The notes beneath the pieces were generated by a model. It saw nothing but the letters and a program-made list of their open reading frames with translations, was not told the DNA's origin and made no database searches. This document shows, piece by piece, positions 9,701-17,150 of a stretch of DNA of 64,000 nt (the first letter of the stretch is position 1; the number at the start of each line of letters is the position of its first letter). This stretch comes from a virus. Taxonomy: Duplodnaviria > Caudoviricetes. The stretch lies in IMG/VR virus record IMGVR_UViG_3300021368_000002; one strand, 5' to 3'. The translations under genes and the position numbers were made by a program.

Positions 9701-10742
9701 TTCCTAGTCCGTTTGTTTTTGTTCCCATATTACTAGTACCATTTTGTATGGTATTTGTTAATAGTAATGTAAGCGCAGTTAAATTATCTGTTGTTCCTGC
9801 TTCTGTGCTAATTTGAGGATCAAAAGATTGTTGTGTAACAACAGGTGTTTGTAAAGTCGTATGAGCTACTTGAGGTAAAATATTATTGTTAATTAAATCT
9901 CTTATCCAATTATGTGTTTCTATTTCAGGTGTCCTAGGTCCATCAATCTGAGGAACATCTTGTACCCAATATTTTTCTGCGGTTTCGAATGTTTCTTTGT
10001 TTCCACCATACTGTAAATCTTTAATATATGCATCTAATACATAACCTACGTCTCTTTCGCATTTATATGTATTGTAGGTATAATCAGCAAAAGCATATCC
10101 ATATGTTGCTGTAGGCAAACTACCTAGTCCATTGTTTACAACAGCTAGAGCACTTGTAAGAATATTGCCTACCTTAATTTGGGCTGCTGGTTCGCCGTTG
10201 TTTGAATTAGTTGCTTGAACTTGACCGACTTGCTGTACAGGATTTTTTATAGTATTAATAAGAATAAAATCCGTAATTAATGCTTCTAGCTCTACATAAA
10301 CATCATTATAAACATCAAAGGTAGGTTCATGTAAAGAAGTTTCGTCATTCCAGTTATTAGACATATGAGCATTAGTTTTATAATTACCGCCATATCTTAC
10401 ATCATATTCTAATGCATTTAAGAAATTTGTCAAATCTGTATTCCAGTAAGCATCATCATATGTAATACCTATAAAGTTGCCCTGGTTTGTAGAAATTTGT
10501 GATTGTATCCATGCTTTCATTTCTGCTACTATAAACTGTTTATTGATGTTCAACAGAGTATAGGCAAATGGATAATCGTTTTGAGCAGTATCTGTTGTAA
10601 TTCTTCCGTTAATATAACCAACTGATTCGTCTTTAATAAATTCTTTATTTGCTTCTAGTAAAGCAGTTGCATTTGGACGTTCATTATCTAGAAGTCCATT
10701 TCCCGGATTAAAAACGTATGTAGGTATTTTTCTCTTTGCCAT
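3738..10742 (-). CDS. Very large virion structural protein (2334 aa) with helical C-x-RD domains and 8 beta-rich GG-x-P-x-ND repeats
   Basis: Long uninterrupted ORF, Thr/Gly/Ser rich. Contains KCERDVGY..D..YGGN, SMLDADFEYGLQPTKW and internal repeats. Confidence 0.7.
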   Translation of the reverse strand: MAKRKIPTYVFNPGNGLLDNERPNATALLEANKEFIKDESVGYINGRITTDTAQNDYPFAYTLLNINKQFIVAEMKAWIQSQISTNQGNFIGITYDDAYWNTDLTNFLNALEYDVRYGGNYKTNAHMSNNWNDETSLHEPTFDVYNDVYVELEALITDFILINTIKNPVQQVGQVQATNSNNGEPAAQIKVGNILTSALAVVNNGLGSLPTATYGYAFADYTYNTYKCERDVGYVLDAYIKDLQYGGNKETFETAEKYWVQDVPQIDGPRTPEIETHNWIRDLINNNILPQVAHTTLQTPVVTQQSFDPQISTEAGTTDNLTALTLLLTNTIQNGTSNMGTKTNGLGTIRFQGRYNEEDILLITNVTKGHVVYSFSDPTKLAEVEFLKDSDNLNETDFPSFDQTADTITSLKLYYNTATHASTDRLQIFVEEKEQRVRPYDFGTDAIERNRVANAQSMLDADFEYGLQPTKWQAIGMARGYPSIYEIPGTEISVESVTTDASSGTQGIGSSLITVNTIVTHGLSQGGPFTIKGLGSSALGFGRAEGSFAVNQVVNDKQFNFYAKSKVGTTNGEVISTTYTQLRKAGYFTGAAIGDPEFTVASNGSSGTFAVNLDWPSESDTIGFSGDVPEIGAPLVDATGAIPTGAQVTAINGTGAGIEFTADTAQDIPSGVSEFDVTSASGILVGYGMDRGDGEGVTVTQVSGNTVTLSGPITSPIPGSNVEYTGVVGTLKTTSGGIDARFDVVRSAGSYTPTINNAGSGYDVNDSLQIAGNLLGGTSPTHDLFIRVTGVGASGDITSISSTGTAAPADGLFPNIAGQLQNGQGTGAAFDITYTNNVYSATTSQIALNGFPIDAEEPDGNGAILLITTGNNSYFATVQNGGLSYQQGDNIRILGSNLGGVDGTNDCIVTVASVDGVTGEILSVSVAGTAVDAQNNYASVTLNYSGGSGVDASFVVQTNGTSYSPQITNPGTGYSQNETFVVPGTDLGGSSPTNDCTITITSVDGSGGITGVSGAGLAVNEANYGAQTGNVIYGTGASFDISATGSSYSVTVVGGGQEYSQGDQLLLTGAQVGGSSPANDATITVLTVDGTGAVLTASIAGTAPDLRGANYTTTDEITITGDQVGGATPANDLIVTVSTVGSNGEITSVTVSGTAPDGFGNYIDPAYTTASGGADAAFIVSRTGTTYSPSVQNGGTAYNIGDTLTISGANLGGTSPTNDLTITVADIDLGTGEITQINHSGTAANVGEAIGISGTNVAGAGAVFTINLASQVYTVQSVDNGGLGYRQNDTIVVPGNEIGGVTPANDATITVSTVDSSGQILTATVSGTGGNGSGTYTNTNSTYSPLNGTAAAFDITRTVSAYSIEVDPGGTGTGYYPGNTIFISGESLGGASPTNDATIVVESIDSVGAILTATITGTVTAAAAINFYGTVTFTETTTAALPATTSIDFESLATIEVQFDNPHGLIPGGTFIVAVASDDGSNNHALAGGSFIATNVPEKNKLRYVARTAGTIDIATSITATIYTRPDSFFIHRPYDGGVQLGTGGPQHGAQAIRQSKNYIRYQSGKGIMYTTGALFAPSYDVLSIESTGTGVGDILTIETDDVDHGLQVGGTIKLIGVSTAGYDGTYRVSDIVSERKFRVVATTQLGSKIPILGFGCQISVLNWHGATVRAGAYDDQNGIFWEYDGRNISVVQRSSTFQIAGTLNVNPDENVISGTGTRFKDQLKAGDRIVIRGMTHVVAHVNSQTEMIVTPDYRGVSPAYNAKGCIVIDKKVKQDSFNLDRLDGTGQSGYDTDISKMQMIGIQYSWYGAGFIDFMLRGADGNFIFCHRMRNSNVNTEAFMRSGNLPVRYEVTNEGPPGKLAEHLDDVETTITLEDASFFPPDGGTLLIDNEIITFTGVSGNDLTGCTRGTTMTNFQAGAQRQYTAGPAVEHERRTGVVLISNTITPIISHWGSAFITDGGFDEDRGYIFSYAATNIEASTVRNTALMIRLAPSVSNAITGDLGDRELLNRAQLLLNGIEITSEPLAASDTGGIVVEGILNPQNYPENPADVGWTDLGGEAQGGQPSFAQIAPSGAIVWGDATPVTANLTTLSTAPSFNATLYYQAWNNTNVIYIATSSVPSGSSIQVGMTVEYNGPGTPSDYIRNNTTVTQVNTYGSYIRVQLSRRTKDRVNAGTSYTFGYPLGPENANYALVTALSWEASNATEGTNIDSTDTHFPAGTQVVSVQKITVDTTTFYRITYSQTGTGLTAGSTIVMSLTPPVYAQPGETIFKFIAVPGERSVIDLTSIKELTNTSLGGRGTFPNGPDVLALNVYKTSGNAIPSNVILKWGEAQA
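6480..8550 (-). repeat. Eight ~70-85 aa protein repeats (A.F.I..Y.......G.GY...D.I.I.G..LGG.SP.ND.TITV..VD..G.I....GTA)
   Basis: GGTSPTHD, GGVDGTND, GGSSPTND, GGSSPAND, GGATPAND, GGTSPTND, GGVTPAND, GGASPTND in the translation. Coordinates approximate. Confidence 0.85.
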
Positions 10743-10746
10743 ATTT

Positions 10747-11706
10747 TTAACTTCCTAATGCGATTGCAAATGCAATGCTATTATTATCTACGTAACTTTT
10801 GTTTGTAAGATCATTAGCACTTGTAGGTGTTCCTGTTGCCGAGACAGTTGTAAATGATCCAGAAGCAGGAGTTGTTGTGCCTATTGATATTCCGTTTAAA
10901 GATCCACTTGTAGCAGTCAAAGCTGTAAAAGTTCCAGCAGCAGGAACAGTTGTTCCTACATCCATATTATTTATTGTTCCTTTAGCGCCGCTATTGATAG
11001 TAAGTGTTCCTGTGCCTGTTGGGATAATTGTGACATTTTGATCTACAGGCTGTAATGTAACTTCACTTGTTGCACTTAGAGTATTTGCTGTGATATCTAA
11101 GCCTGATATAGATCCACTACCAGCACTTATTCTTACAGTTCCTATACCTGTAGGCTGTAATCTAATATCTGCATCAGTGCCTAAAGCATTTAAATTTCCT
11201 GCAACAGTAAGTGTTCTAAAACTTGCGTTACCTGTGATTACAGGTTCTTGAACAGTAATAAGTCCAAAAGGTAATCCATCAGCATCTGAAAATCTAAGTG
11301 TATCAGGAGCATCTACAGGTACATTAAATGTAAATGTTCCTGTTGTTCTATTTTGTGCATCAGCTCCTGTAAAAGTGTTTCCTCCTACAACAACTGAAAT
11401 ACCTTCGTTATACGGACTCGATCCATCTCCAGTTTTTATGTTCCATGTTAGTGTAGATAAAGTAATATCAAAACTATATGTAGAACCTTTTTCTAAAGTT
11501 ATTGTCGGATTATCGCCTACAACGCCCGCAAAATTAAAGCCAGTTCCTGCAATGTTCTGGGTGACTTGGTAATCAGCAGTTGAGTCTTCTTCTTCAATTA
11601 CACTGTATGTAATAGATCTTAAAGTTACGTTACCTTCGTCGTCAACTTCAAACCCTGGACTTTTAAATCCGAACTCTGATTCAAACTTATTATACTGAAG
11701 CGGCAT
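10747..11706 (-). CDS. Virion structural protein (319 aa) with degenerate cupredoxin-like module and C-terminal YVD..IAFAIALG motif
   Basis: NPTITLEKGSTYSFDI...IKT...FNVPVDAPDTL matches the module at ~30140-30460 but lacks His/Cys/Met. SD AGGAG upstream. Confidence 0.6.
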   Translation of the reverse strand: MPLQYNKFESEFGFKSPGFEVDDEGNVTLRSITYSVIEEEDSTADYQVTQNIAGTGFNFAGVVGDNPTITLEKGSTYSFDITLSTLTWNIKTGDGSSPYNEGISVVVGGNTFTGADAQNRTTGTFTFNVPVDAPDTLRFSDADGLPFGLITVQEPVITGNASFRTLTVAGNLNALGTDADIRLQPTGIGTVRISAGSGSISGLDITANTLSATSEVTLQPVDQNVTIIPTGTGTLTINSGAKGTINNMDVGTTVPAAGTFTALTATSGSLNGISIGTTTPASGSFTTVSATGTPTSANDLTNKSYVDNNSIAFAIALGS

Positions 11707-11725
11707 TTATATACTCCTACTAACA

Positions 11726-11733
11726 TATTTATC
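11726..11733 (-). promoter_or_regulatory. T4-late-like promoter GATAAATA
   Basis: Intergenic, 20 nt upstream of ATG 11706. The same 8-mer recurs in four other intergenic regions. Confidence 0.6.
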
Positions 11734-11735
11734 CA

Positions 11736-12146
11736 TTAGATACGTTCTAATAAATTTTGGTTGTTGAAGTAAAATGCATTAACAACTACCTTACTGTTTT
11801 TGACTGCATCTGAAGCGGGTGTTGCTTTTATTGTAACAAATGATTCATTTACTGTTGCACTTAAATTAATTAAATCGCTACCTATAGACGATCTTCCGTA
11901 AACAACTAGTGATGCATTTTCTATACTTGCAGCTACTAAACATTTTATAATTTCTTTATTACGTGTATCAAAGTCACACATAATAGTATATTCAGCAGCA
12001 CAAAAGTCGCCTAAGAAAAATCTATCAATTTCAGTTTCCTGTGGAATCGCTATCCAAGGACCTGTTCTTGAAAGATTTGTATCATTTTTTAATGCAATAG
12101 TATTTTTTCTACCAACTTGTAGAAATTTATCTATAAAGATTGCCAT
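11736..12146 (-). CDS. Small structural beta-domain protein (136 aa), similar to the C-terminal domain of the 2063 aa fibre
   Basis: IDRFFLGDFCAAEYTIMC...LVVYGRSSIGSDLINLSATVNESFVTIKATP aligns by eye with VAEWAVADFRTAKVLIQV...TEYAILFTGSAALAAFSTQVSGGNIELLSTP. SD GGGG upstream. Confidence 0.5.
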   Translation of the reverse strand: MAIFIDKFLQVGRKNTIALKNDTNLSRTGPWIAIPQETEIDRFFLGDFCAAEYTIMCDFDTRNKEIIKCLVAASIENASLVVYGRSSIGSDLINLSATVNESFVTIKATPASDAVKNSKVVVNAFYFNNQNLLERI

Positions 12147-12163
12147 ACATTACCCCTTTGTAT

Positions 12164-12171
12164 TATTTATC
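12164..12171 (-). promoter_or_regulatory. T4-late-like promoter GATAAATA
   Basis: Overlaps the carbamoyltransferase stop codon, 18 nt upstream of ATG 12146. Confidence 0.5.
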
Positions 12172-13939
12172 GCAAGGTAACTAACTTTCCGTACTCAGGC
12201 AAGTACAAGTAATCCAGATCACTTTGTTGTAAAGTCCAAAATGCATCTTCTAATGTTTCTACCAATGGTTCGCCACCTAAATTAAAACTCGTGTTGAAAA
12301 TAATAGGGCAGCCGGTCTTATCTTTAAATGTTTTAATTAGATCATAATAATTTGGATTCTGTTCTCTATTAACAGTTTGTATACGACAAGTACCATCTAC
12401 ATGAATAATAGCAGGAATCTTTTTCTCAATGCCAGGTTGACAGTTTACAGCATACATCATTGTAGGAGACGACTTCATACCACGTAGATCAAACCATTCA
12501 TGTGCATCTTCTTCAAGAATTGATCCAGCAAACGGACGGAAGTATTCTCTACGTTTAACTTCATTCACAAAATCCTTGCCATTAGGATCTGTAGGATCAT
12601 ATAGTATACTTCTGTTACCTAATGCACGTGGTCCATTTTCTGATCTTCCTTGGAAAATACATACAATATTTTTTTCTGTAATTAAATTTACTACATCCTC
12701 ATTAGTAGCGTCTTCTACAGTTGCTCCCCACTCTTCAGCTAAAGTTTCTATTTTATTTGAATAATCGTATTCAAATCCTAAGTACAATATATCTTGTCTA
12801 CCGTTATTTTTTGTAATTTTAGTTAAACTACGCCAATGTAGATATGCTGCACCAATAGCTGTACCGCAATCATTACTTACAGGTTCTACATATATTTCTA
12901 TACCGTCTTTTTGAAGATGCTGCAAATAAAAATAGTTAGCTACACAATTTAATCCATACCCGCCACTTATTACTACTTTTTTATGTCCTGTTAGTTCAAC
13001 TGCTTTATAAATTAAATTTAGAACTTGCTGTTGTGTTTGGGTTTGAACAGCATATGCCATGTCTCTCCTATTTTGTAATAGAGTAAGATCTTGACTATCG
13101 TGGTTGTCTAAATATTCAAAGTGTCCAGAGTTAACAAACGCTCCGTTTGGATAATTAGGAGTTATTATATTTCTATTAGAATATTCGCCTCTATCTGTTT
13201 TTTCAAATAGCGGCGGTATATCATCATTAGGTTTACCGTAAGGAAACAACCCCATTGTTTTTCCTGCTTCAATAAAATCCCAACCACAATAATTTGTTAC
13301 TGCTTCATACGTTTTTGTAATACCAGCTTTTTCAGTTACTGCTAATTCTATAGTTCCTTTTTCGTCGATAAAATCTGCATTACTTTCTTTATTGTAGCTA
13401 CTAAGCATAGGACCTCTTCCGCCTAAGTGCTTGTATTTTGTTTCAAAAATATCAGGATATCTACAATCAAAAATAGACTCAACTTCCCATATAGTTTCAT
13501 ATTCATTTGCAGGAATAAATGTACCTGCGCCATCAACTACGACTGCTGCTGCTTCATCAAACCCACTTCTGTAAAATGCACAAGCTGCATGAAGTTTGTG
13601 ATGATATTTTGCCATATCTATTACTTGGGGATGCTCTCCTGGCATTGCTTGTTTTTGTATCAATCCTAGCTTGCGAGCTAATGCTGTATAAATGTCCTCT
13701 CCTGTAAAGTCATTCTTGCCAGCTGTTTCCTGCAATGGTTGAGTATGAGCAATAACCAACCAGTCTAGTTTATCAGTATATTCTAATATTTTTGTCATCG
13801 ATGCAAGAGGTCCGCCGTCATATTTGACACGACTTAAACGTTCTTCTTCTATACTGAATACAACTTCACCGTCCTTAAGTAATGCAACACTTGCATTATG
13901 TCCTCTTGCTATTGCAGCAATCCATGTACTACTTTTCAT
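12167..13939 (-). CDS. O-carbamoyltransferase, NodU/CmcH/TobZ family
   Basis: GHNASV, EEERLSRVK, HHKLHAACAFY, VVDGAG, EAGKTMGL.PYG, SGGYGLNCVAN, NDCGTAIGAA, GPRALGNRS, VKRREYFRPFA, IHVDGTCRIQTV and FNTSFNLGGEPLVE cover both the Kae1-like and YrdC-like domains. Confidence 0.93.
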   Translation of the reverse strand: MKSSTWIAAIARGHNASVALLKDGEVVFSIEEERLSRVKYDGGPLASMTKILEYTDKLDWLVIAHTQPLQETAGKNDFTGEDIYTALARKLGLIQKQAMPGEHPQVIDMAKYHHKLHAACAFYRSGFDEAAAVVVDGAGTFIPANEYETIWEVESIFDCRYPDIFETKYKHLGGRGPMLSSYNKESNADFIDEKGTIELAVTEKAGITKTYEAVTNYCGWDFIEAGKTMGLFPYGKPNDDIPPLFEKTDRGEYSNRNIITPNYPNGAFVNSGHFEYLDNHDSQDLTLLQNRRDMAYAVQTQTQQQVLNLIYKAVELTGHKKVVISGGYGLNCVANYFYLQHLQKDGIEIYVEPVSNDCGTAIGAAYLHWRSLTKITKNNGRQDILYLGFEYDYSNKIETLAEEWGATVEDATNEDVVNLITEKNIVCIFQGRSENGPRALGNRSILYDPTDPNGKDFVNEVKRREYFRPFAGSILEEDAHEWFDLRGMKSSPTMMYAVNCQPGIEKKIPAIIHVDGTCRIQTVNREQNPNYYDLIKTFKDKTGCPIIFNTSFNLGGEPLVETLEDAFWTLQQSDLDYLYLPEYGKLVTLR

Positions 13940-13941
13940 AA

Positions 13942-14907
13942 TTATGCAGCCACCTGCGGTTTACCATTCCATTTTTTTTGATTGTTAACAACACTCTTAA
14001 CAATAACTTCTTCAATTTTTCCATTCATCACCATAACACCTTCATTAGTTCTATCTGCTAATTCATCTGCTGTAATTCTAATTGGACTATAAACACGAGC
14101 GCCTTCTCCCATGTCGAGTATATCAAAGTACTTACAATCTGGATAACTGATGTTTTCTTTAAATGTGCTTCCTATTACAACTGTGCTAGGAGTTTGCATA
14201 GAATAGGCAATATGTTGACCTACACTATCACATCCTAAGAAATAATCTGCGCAATTTATTATAGCAGCCCATTCTCTAATACTTGTGTTTAAAGGAACAG
14301 CAATAGGCTCGGTTACACCGTATTCATTAAACTGAATAGCAACTTCTCCCATAAACACTACAGCCATTTTTTTACTTAGAGCTTTAACAAGATTAATGAC
14401 AGATTCTGGTTCAAAACTTCTTCCGCTTGGATCCATTATTAATCCTTCTTGATTAACAACTCCCCTGCCGAACGGTTGAAAAACTAATACTTTATCTTTT
14501 TTAGTTTTTTCTTTTACTTCTTTAAGCAACTTAGTTGCCTGAAACATTTCTTCTTTGCCTAAATAAATATTTGGTTTAGGTAAGTCACGTAATCCTTTGT
14601 TGTTAATAGCAATATCATATGCCTGATTTAAGTGTGCTTTTTGATTGTAATATTCCCAAACTCTGTAAGGTTCTGGACTTAACAACTCCATGTCTTTTAA
14701 TTTTTCTTCAAATAGATTCTTATGCCATACGTCATAAGCTCTCTTAAATAAGGTCGGGTGACCTTTATAAAAATCTGTTCCGCCTTCGCATACAATTATA
14801 AAGTCGTCATCAGGATTTTCTTTTTCATATAATTCTAATGCAGGAATGCTAGAAATTACTCTGCCTGCACCACCGTTTATAAAAATAGCTGTATTTCGTT
14901 TGGTCAT
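13942..14907 (-). CDS. GT-B glycosyltransferase, GT9 (heptosyltransferase)-like
   Basis: N-terminal INGGAGRVISSIPAL (GxGD..x..P equivalent), mid LVFQPFG, C-terminal SIREWAAIINCADYFLGCDSVGQHIAYSM..PSTVVIG resembling the GT9 L.ELAALI..A...VG.DSG..H.A.A motif. Confidence 0.6.
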   Translation of the reverse strand: MTKRNTAIFINGGAGRVISSIPALELYEKENPDDDFIIVCEGGTDFYKGHPTLFKRAYDVWHKNLFEEKLKDMELLSPEPYRVWEYYNQKAHLNQAYDIAINNKGLRDLPKPNIYLGKEEMFQATKLLKEVKEKTKKDKVLVFQPFGRGVVNQEGLIMDPSGRSFEPESVINLVKALSKKMAVVFMGEVAIQFNEYGVTEPIAVPLNTSIREWAAIINCADYFLGCDSVGQHIAYSMQTPSTVVIGSTFKENISYPDCKYFDILDMGEGARVYSPIRITADELADRTNEGVMVMNGKIEEVIVKSVVNNQKKWNGKPQVAA

Positions 14908-14951
14908 AAAAAATCCTCTCTAAATATGAAAATATTTATAGAGAGGATCTT
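14908..14951 (-). terminator. Hairpin plus U-tract that also covers the SD of the glycosyltransferase and contains a TATAAATA late promoter
   Basis: Minus strand reads ATCCTCTC-TA-TAAATAT-tttc-ATATTTA-GAGAGGAT-TTTTT-ATG: a 15-bp stem with a 2-nt bulge, followed by a T run and the start codon at 14907. Confidence 0.75.
14933..14940 (-). promoter_or_regulatory. T4 late promoter consensus TATAAATA inside the hairpin 5' arm
   Basis: Exact T4 gp55 consensus, 26 nt upstream of ATG 14907. Confidence 0.7.
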
Positions 14952-14971
14952 AAACTTTAATTAAATATGGC

Positions 14972-15619
14972 TTATTGATCTTCTTCAGTTTCTGGTGGTT
15001 TAATTCCAGCAGTTGGCTGAACAGGAAATAAAACTTCCCAGGGCTCTTTGTCTGCCCAAGTTGAAGGAATATCTCTTAGTTTCTGTCTCCAAGTAATCCA
15101 TTCATTTTTAATTGAATCTGGAACATCTGGTCTAACTCTTGCATCGCTGCCGGCTAATAGAAAATCTCTCGCACCTCTAACATCATCCCAAGTCATATCT
15201 TTAGTTGCAAATGCAAACGTCCATCCTGCAACAGGGTCATATGTAATATCTTCATACCTATGTATTTCATTAGGGCTAGGATATTCGTGTTCCATATGTG
15301 TTTCGTCGTCCGGAGTATCTAGCTCAATCTCTGGTAAATCGCTATCATCATAATCCATAGCAACTATGGTTGCAAGTAACGGCTCATCTGCTGCACTTAC
15401 TTCCACTTTTAGTTCTCCTGGAGGAGGAGAATATGTTTCTCCGTCCATATCAGCAGTCATGTAGGCCCTTGGAGCAAGTTTTCCTGTTTCTCTTTCCACA
15501 AACACCCAAAATCTATCAGGACCTTCATATGTCCAGTCTGCTGTTTTGTTTAATGTTCTAGCTGTTGACCAAATTTTATCTGGTACAGGATAGCTAAAAT
15601 TTACAGTTATATTTGGCAT
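14972..15619 (-). CDS. Tail fibre assembly chaperone-like protein (paralog B)
   Basis: C-terminal TWDDVRGARDFLLAGSD..V.PD.P...K.EW..WRQKLRDIP, typical of phage tail-assembly chaperone domains. Paralog of 17151-17789. Confidence 0.7.
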   Translation of the reverse strand: MPNITVNFSYPVPDKIWSTARTLNKTADWTYEGPDRFWVFVERETGKLAPRAYMTADMDGETYSPPPGELKVEVSAADEPLLATIVAMDYDDSDLPEIELDTPDDETHMEHEYPSPNEIHRYEDITYDPVAGWTFAFATKDMTWDDVRGARDFLLAGSDARVRPDVPDSIKNEWITWRQKLRDIPSTWADKEPWEVLFPVQPTAGIKPPETEEDQ

Positions 15620-15630
15620 ATTATTTTATC

Positions 15631-16365
15631 CTATCTAAATACTAAGTAAACCATTCCACCTGCGCCAGCGCCACCGCAATTACTGCTGCCGCCAAATCGT
15701 CCTGCTGTAAAGCCGCCGCCTCCTGGGAAGTGTCCAAACAATATAGCTCCCGAGCAAGTACAGCAACCGTTAATACCCATAGACATATGTCCTGTCATAG
15801 GTGCACCTGGTTGTACGCTAAATCCATGATTGTAACAATAGCTGTTTGACCACCAAAAGCCTTTATTACCTTGTATACACATAACATTATGTGAATCACC
15901 ATTGTATGATACTGGTGTTGTTTGCAATGATCCACAACATCTGTAACAGTAATGTCCATTACATTGATACCATCCATGACATCCGCCTTGAGCTCTAGCA
16001 CACCATTCGCCATTCAAACATACATATGAGTCAAAGCCGTTCTGACATGATCCAGTGCTTCTGCAACAAGTTGATCCTGCTGCACAAATTATCAGTGTAT
16101 CGCCCGGTGATACAGTTTTTGAACCTGCAATATATCCGCCTGCGTCTGCACCCATACCAATTGTACAGCATTGTCCTCCAGCGCCGGCGCCACCGCCTCC
16201 CCAGATTTCCCATGCTACAACAGTTTTATCTCCAGGAACAATAAATTCACAGCACGCCCCACCATTATTAACAGTTGTAGTGTTAGTATTGTATACCACG
16301 AGTTCCTGCGGAACTACTGCTCCGCCTTCATCATAACCATACAAGTAATCTCTAAGTGTTGCCAT
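15631..16365 (-). CDS. Cys-rich, Gly-rich (polyglycine-II/gp38-like) protein, paralog C
   Basis: 244 aa, 21 Cys by hand count. NNGGACCEFIVPGD..V.WEIWGGGGAGAGGQCC; ends GAGAGGMVYLVF. Confidence 0.65.
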   Translation of the reverse strand: MATLRDYLYGYDEGGAVVPQELVVYNTNTTTVNNGGACCEFIVPGDKTVVAWEIWGGGGAGAGGQCCTIGMGADAGGYIAGSKTVSPGDTLIICAAGSTCCRSTGSCQNGFDSYVCLNGEWCARAQGGCHGWYQCNGHYCYRCCGSLQTTPVSYNGDSHNVMCIQGNKGFWWSNSYCYNHGFSVQPGAPMTGHMSMGINGCCTCSGAILFGHFPGGGGFTAGRFGGSSNCGGAGAGGMVYLVFR

Positions 16366-16377
16366 TATCTAAATTCC

Positions 16378-17139
16378 TTACGATGCTTCCGTTATGTACA
16401 TAATTTGTACCATTCCACTGCCGCCTTTTGCGCCGCAATATCTTGTTGATGTTCCGCCATTATTACTAGCCATACCGCTTGAACCTGGAATAGATTGACA
16501 GTTTCCTTGGCGAGCGTGTCCTGATTCATTTACACATCCGTTTCTACTCCACCAGCCGCCTGTCCATCCATATGGTGCTCCTGGTGCAAAATTTTTAAAA
16601 TGACACTTGTTGCCATATGTCCATTTTGCTTGTCCGTTCATACCGCAAATATGCATTGATGCTCCTGTAACACACCCACAAGCACATTGTCTTATTTGAC
16701 AGTTACCGTAACTACAATGTCCTAAACAAATTGTGCATCCTGGCTGTCCGCCATATGCTCTTAATTCGCAAGTTGAAGCTTTACAAATATAAGAATTATA
16801 TCCCTGTGTTCCTGTACAACCTGTACAACAATTCGTTGTACCGCCTGCACATATTGTCCATTGATCTCCTGGTGTTACTTCAAAAACTTTACGTCCGTAA
16901 CTACCGGCGCCACCAGGCTTGTTTGACCTATTACAACAGGATCCTGCACCTGAACCTCCGCCGCTCCAAAGTTCAACAGCGATCCATGTTACACCTGTAG
17001 GAACTGTCCATAAGCAACATTGTCCGCCATTGTTTACTGTGTTGGTATTTGTATTATAAATCCTTAACGTAGCCATTGTACCATTTGTTGGTGCTGTTGC
17101 TCCTGCGGAATATTCTAACAATGTTCTTAAGCCTGCCAT
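16378..17139 (-). CDS. Cys-rich, Gly-rich protein, paralog B
   Basis: 253 aa, 22 Cys by hand count. NNGGQCCLWTVPTGVTWIAVELWSGGGSGAGSCC; ends GGSGMVQIMY. Confidence 0.65.
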   Translation of the reverse strand: MAGLRTLLEYSAGATAPTNGTMATLRIYNTNTNTVNNGGQCCLWTVPTGVTWIAVELWSGGGSGAGSCCNRSNKPGGAGSYGRKVFEVTPGDQWTICAGGTTNCCTGCTGTQGYNSYICKASTCELRAYGGQPGCTICLGHCSYGNCQIRQCACGCVTGASMHICGMNGQAKWTYGNKCHFKNFAPGAPYGWTGGWWSRNGCVNESGHARQGNCQSIPGSSGMASNNGGTSTRYCGAKGGSGMVQIMYITEAS

Positions 17140-17150
17140 TTTTTATTTCC

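Noticed and set aside
12167-13939. TsaD/Kae1 or HypF assignment
   Set aside because: The length (590 aa), Kae1-then-YrdC domain order and GPRALGNRS / KRRE.FRPFA / NTSFN motifs fit the NodU/CmcH family; there are no acylphosphatase or Zn-finger domains.
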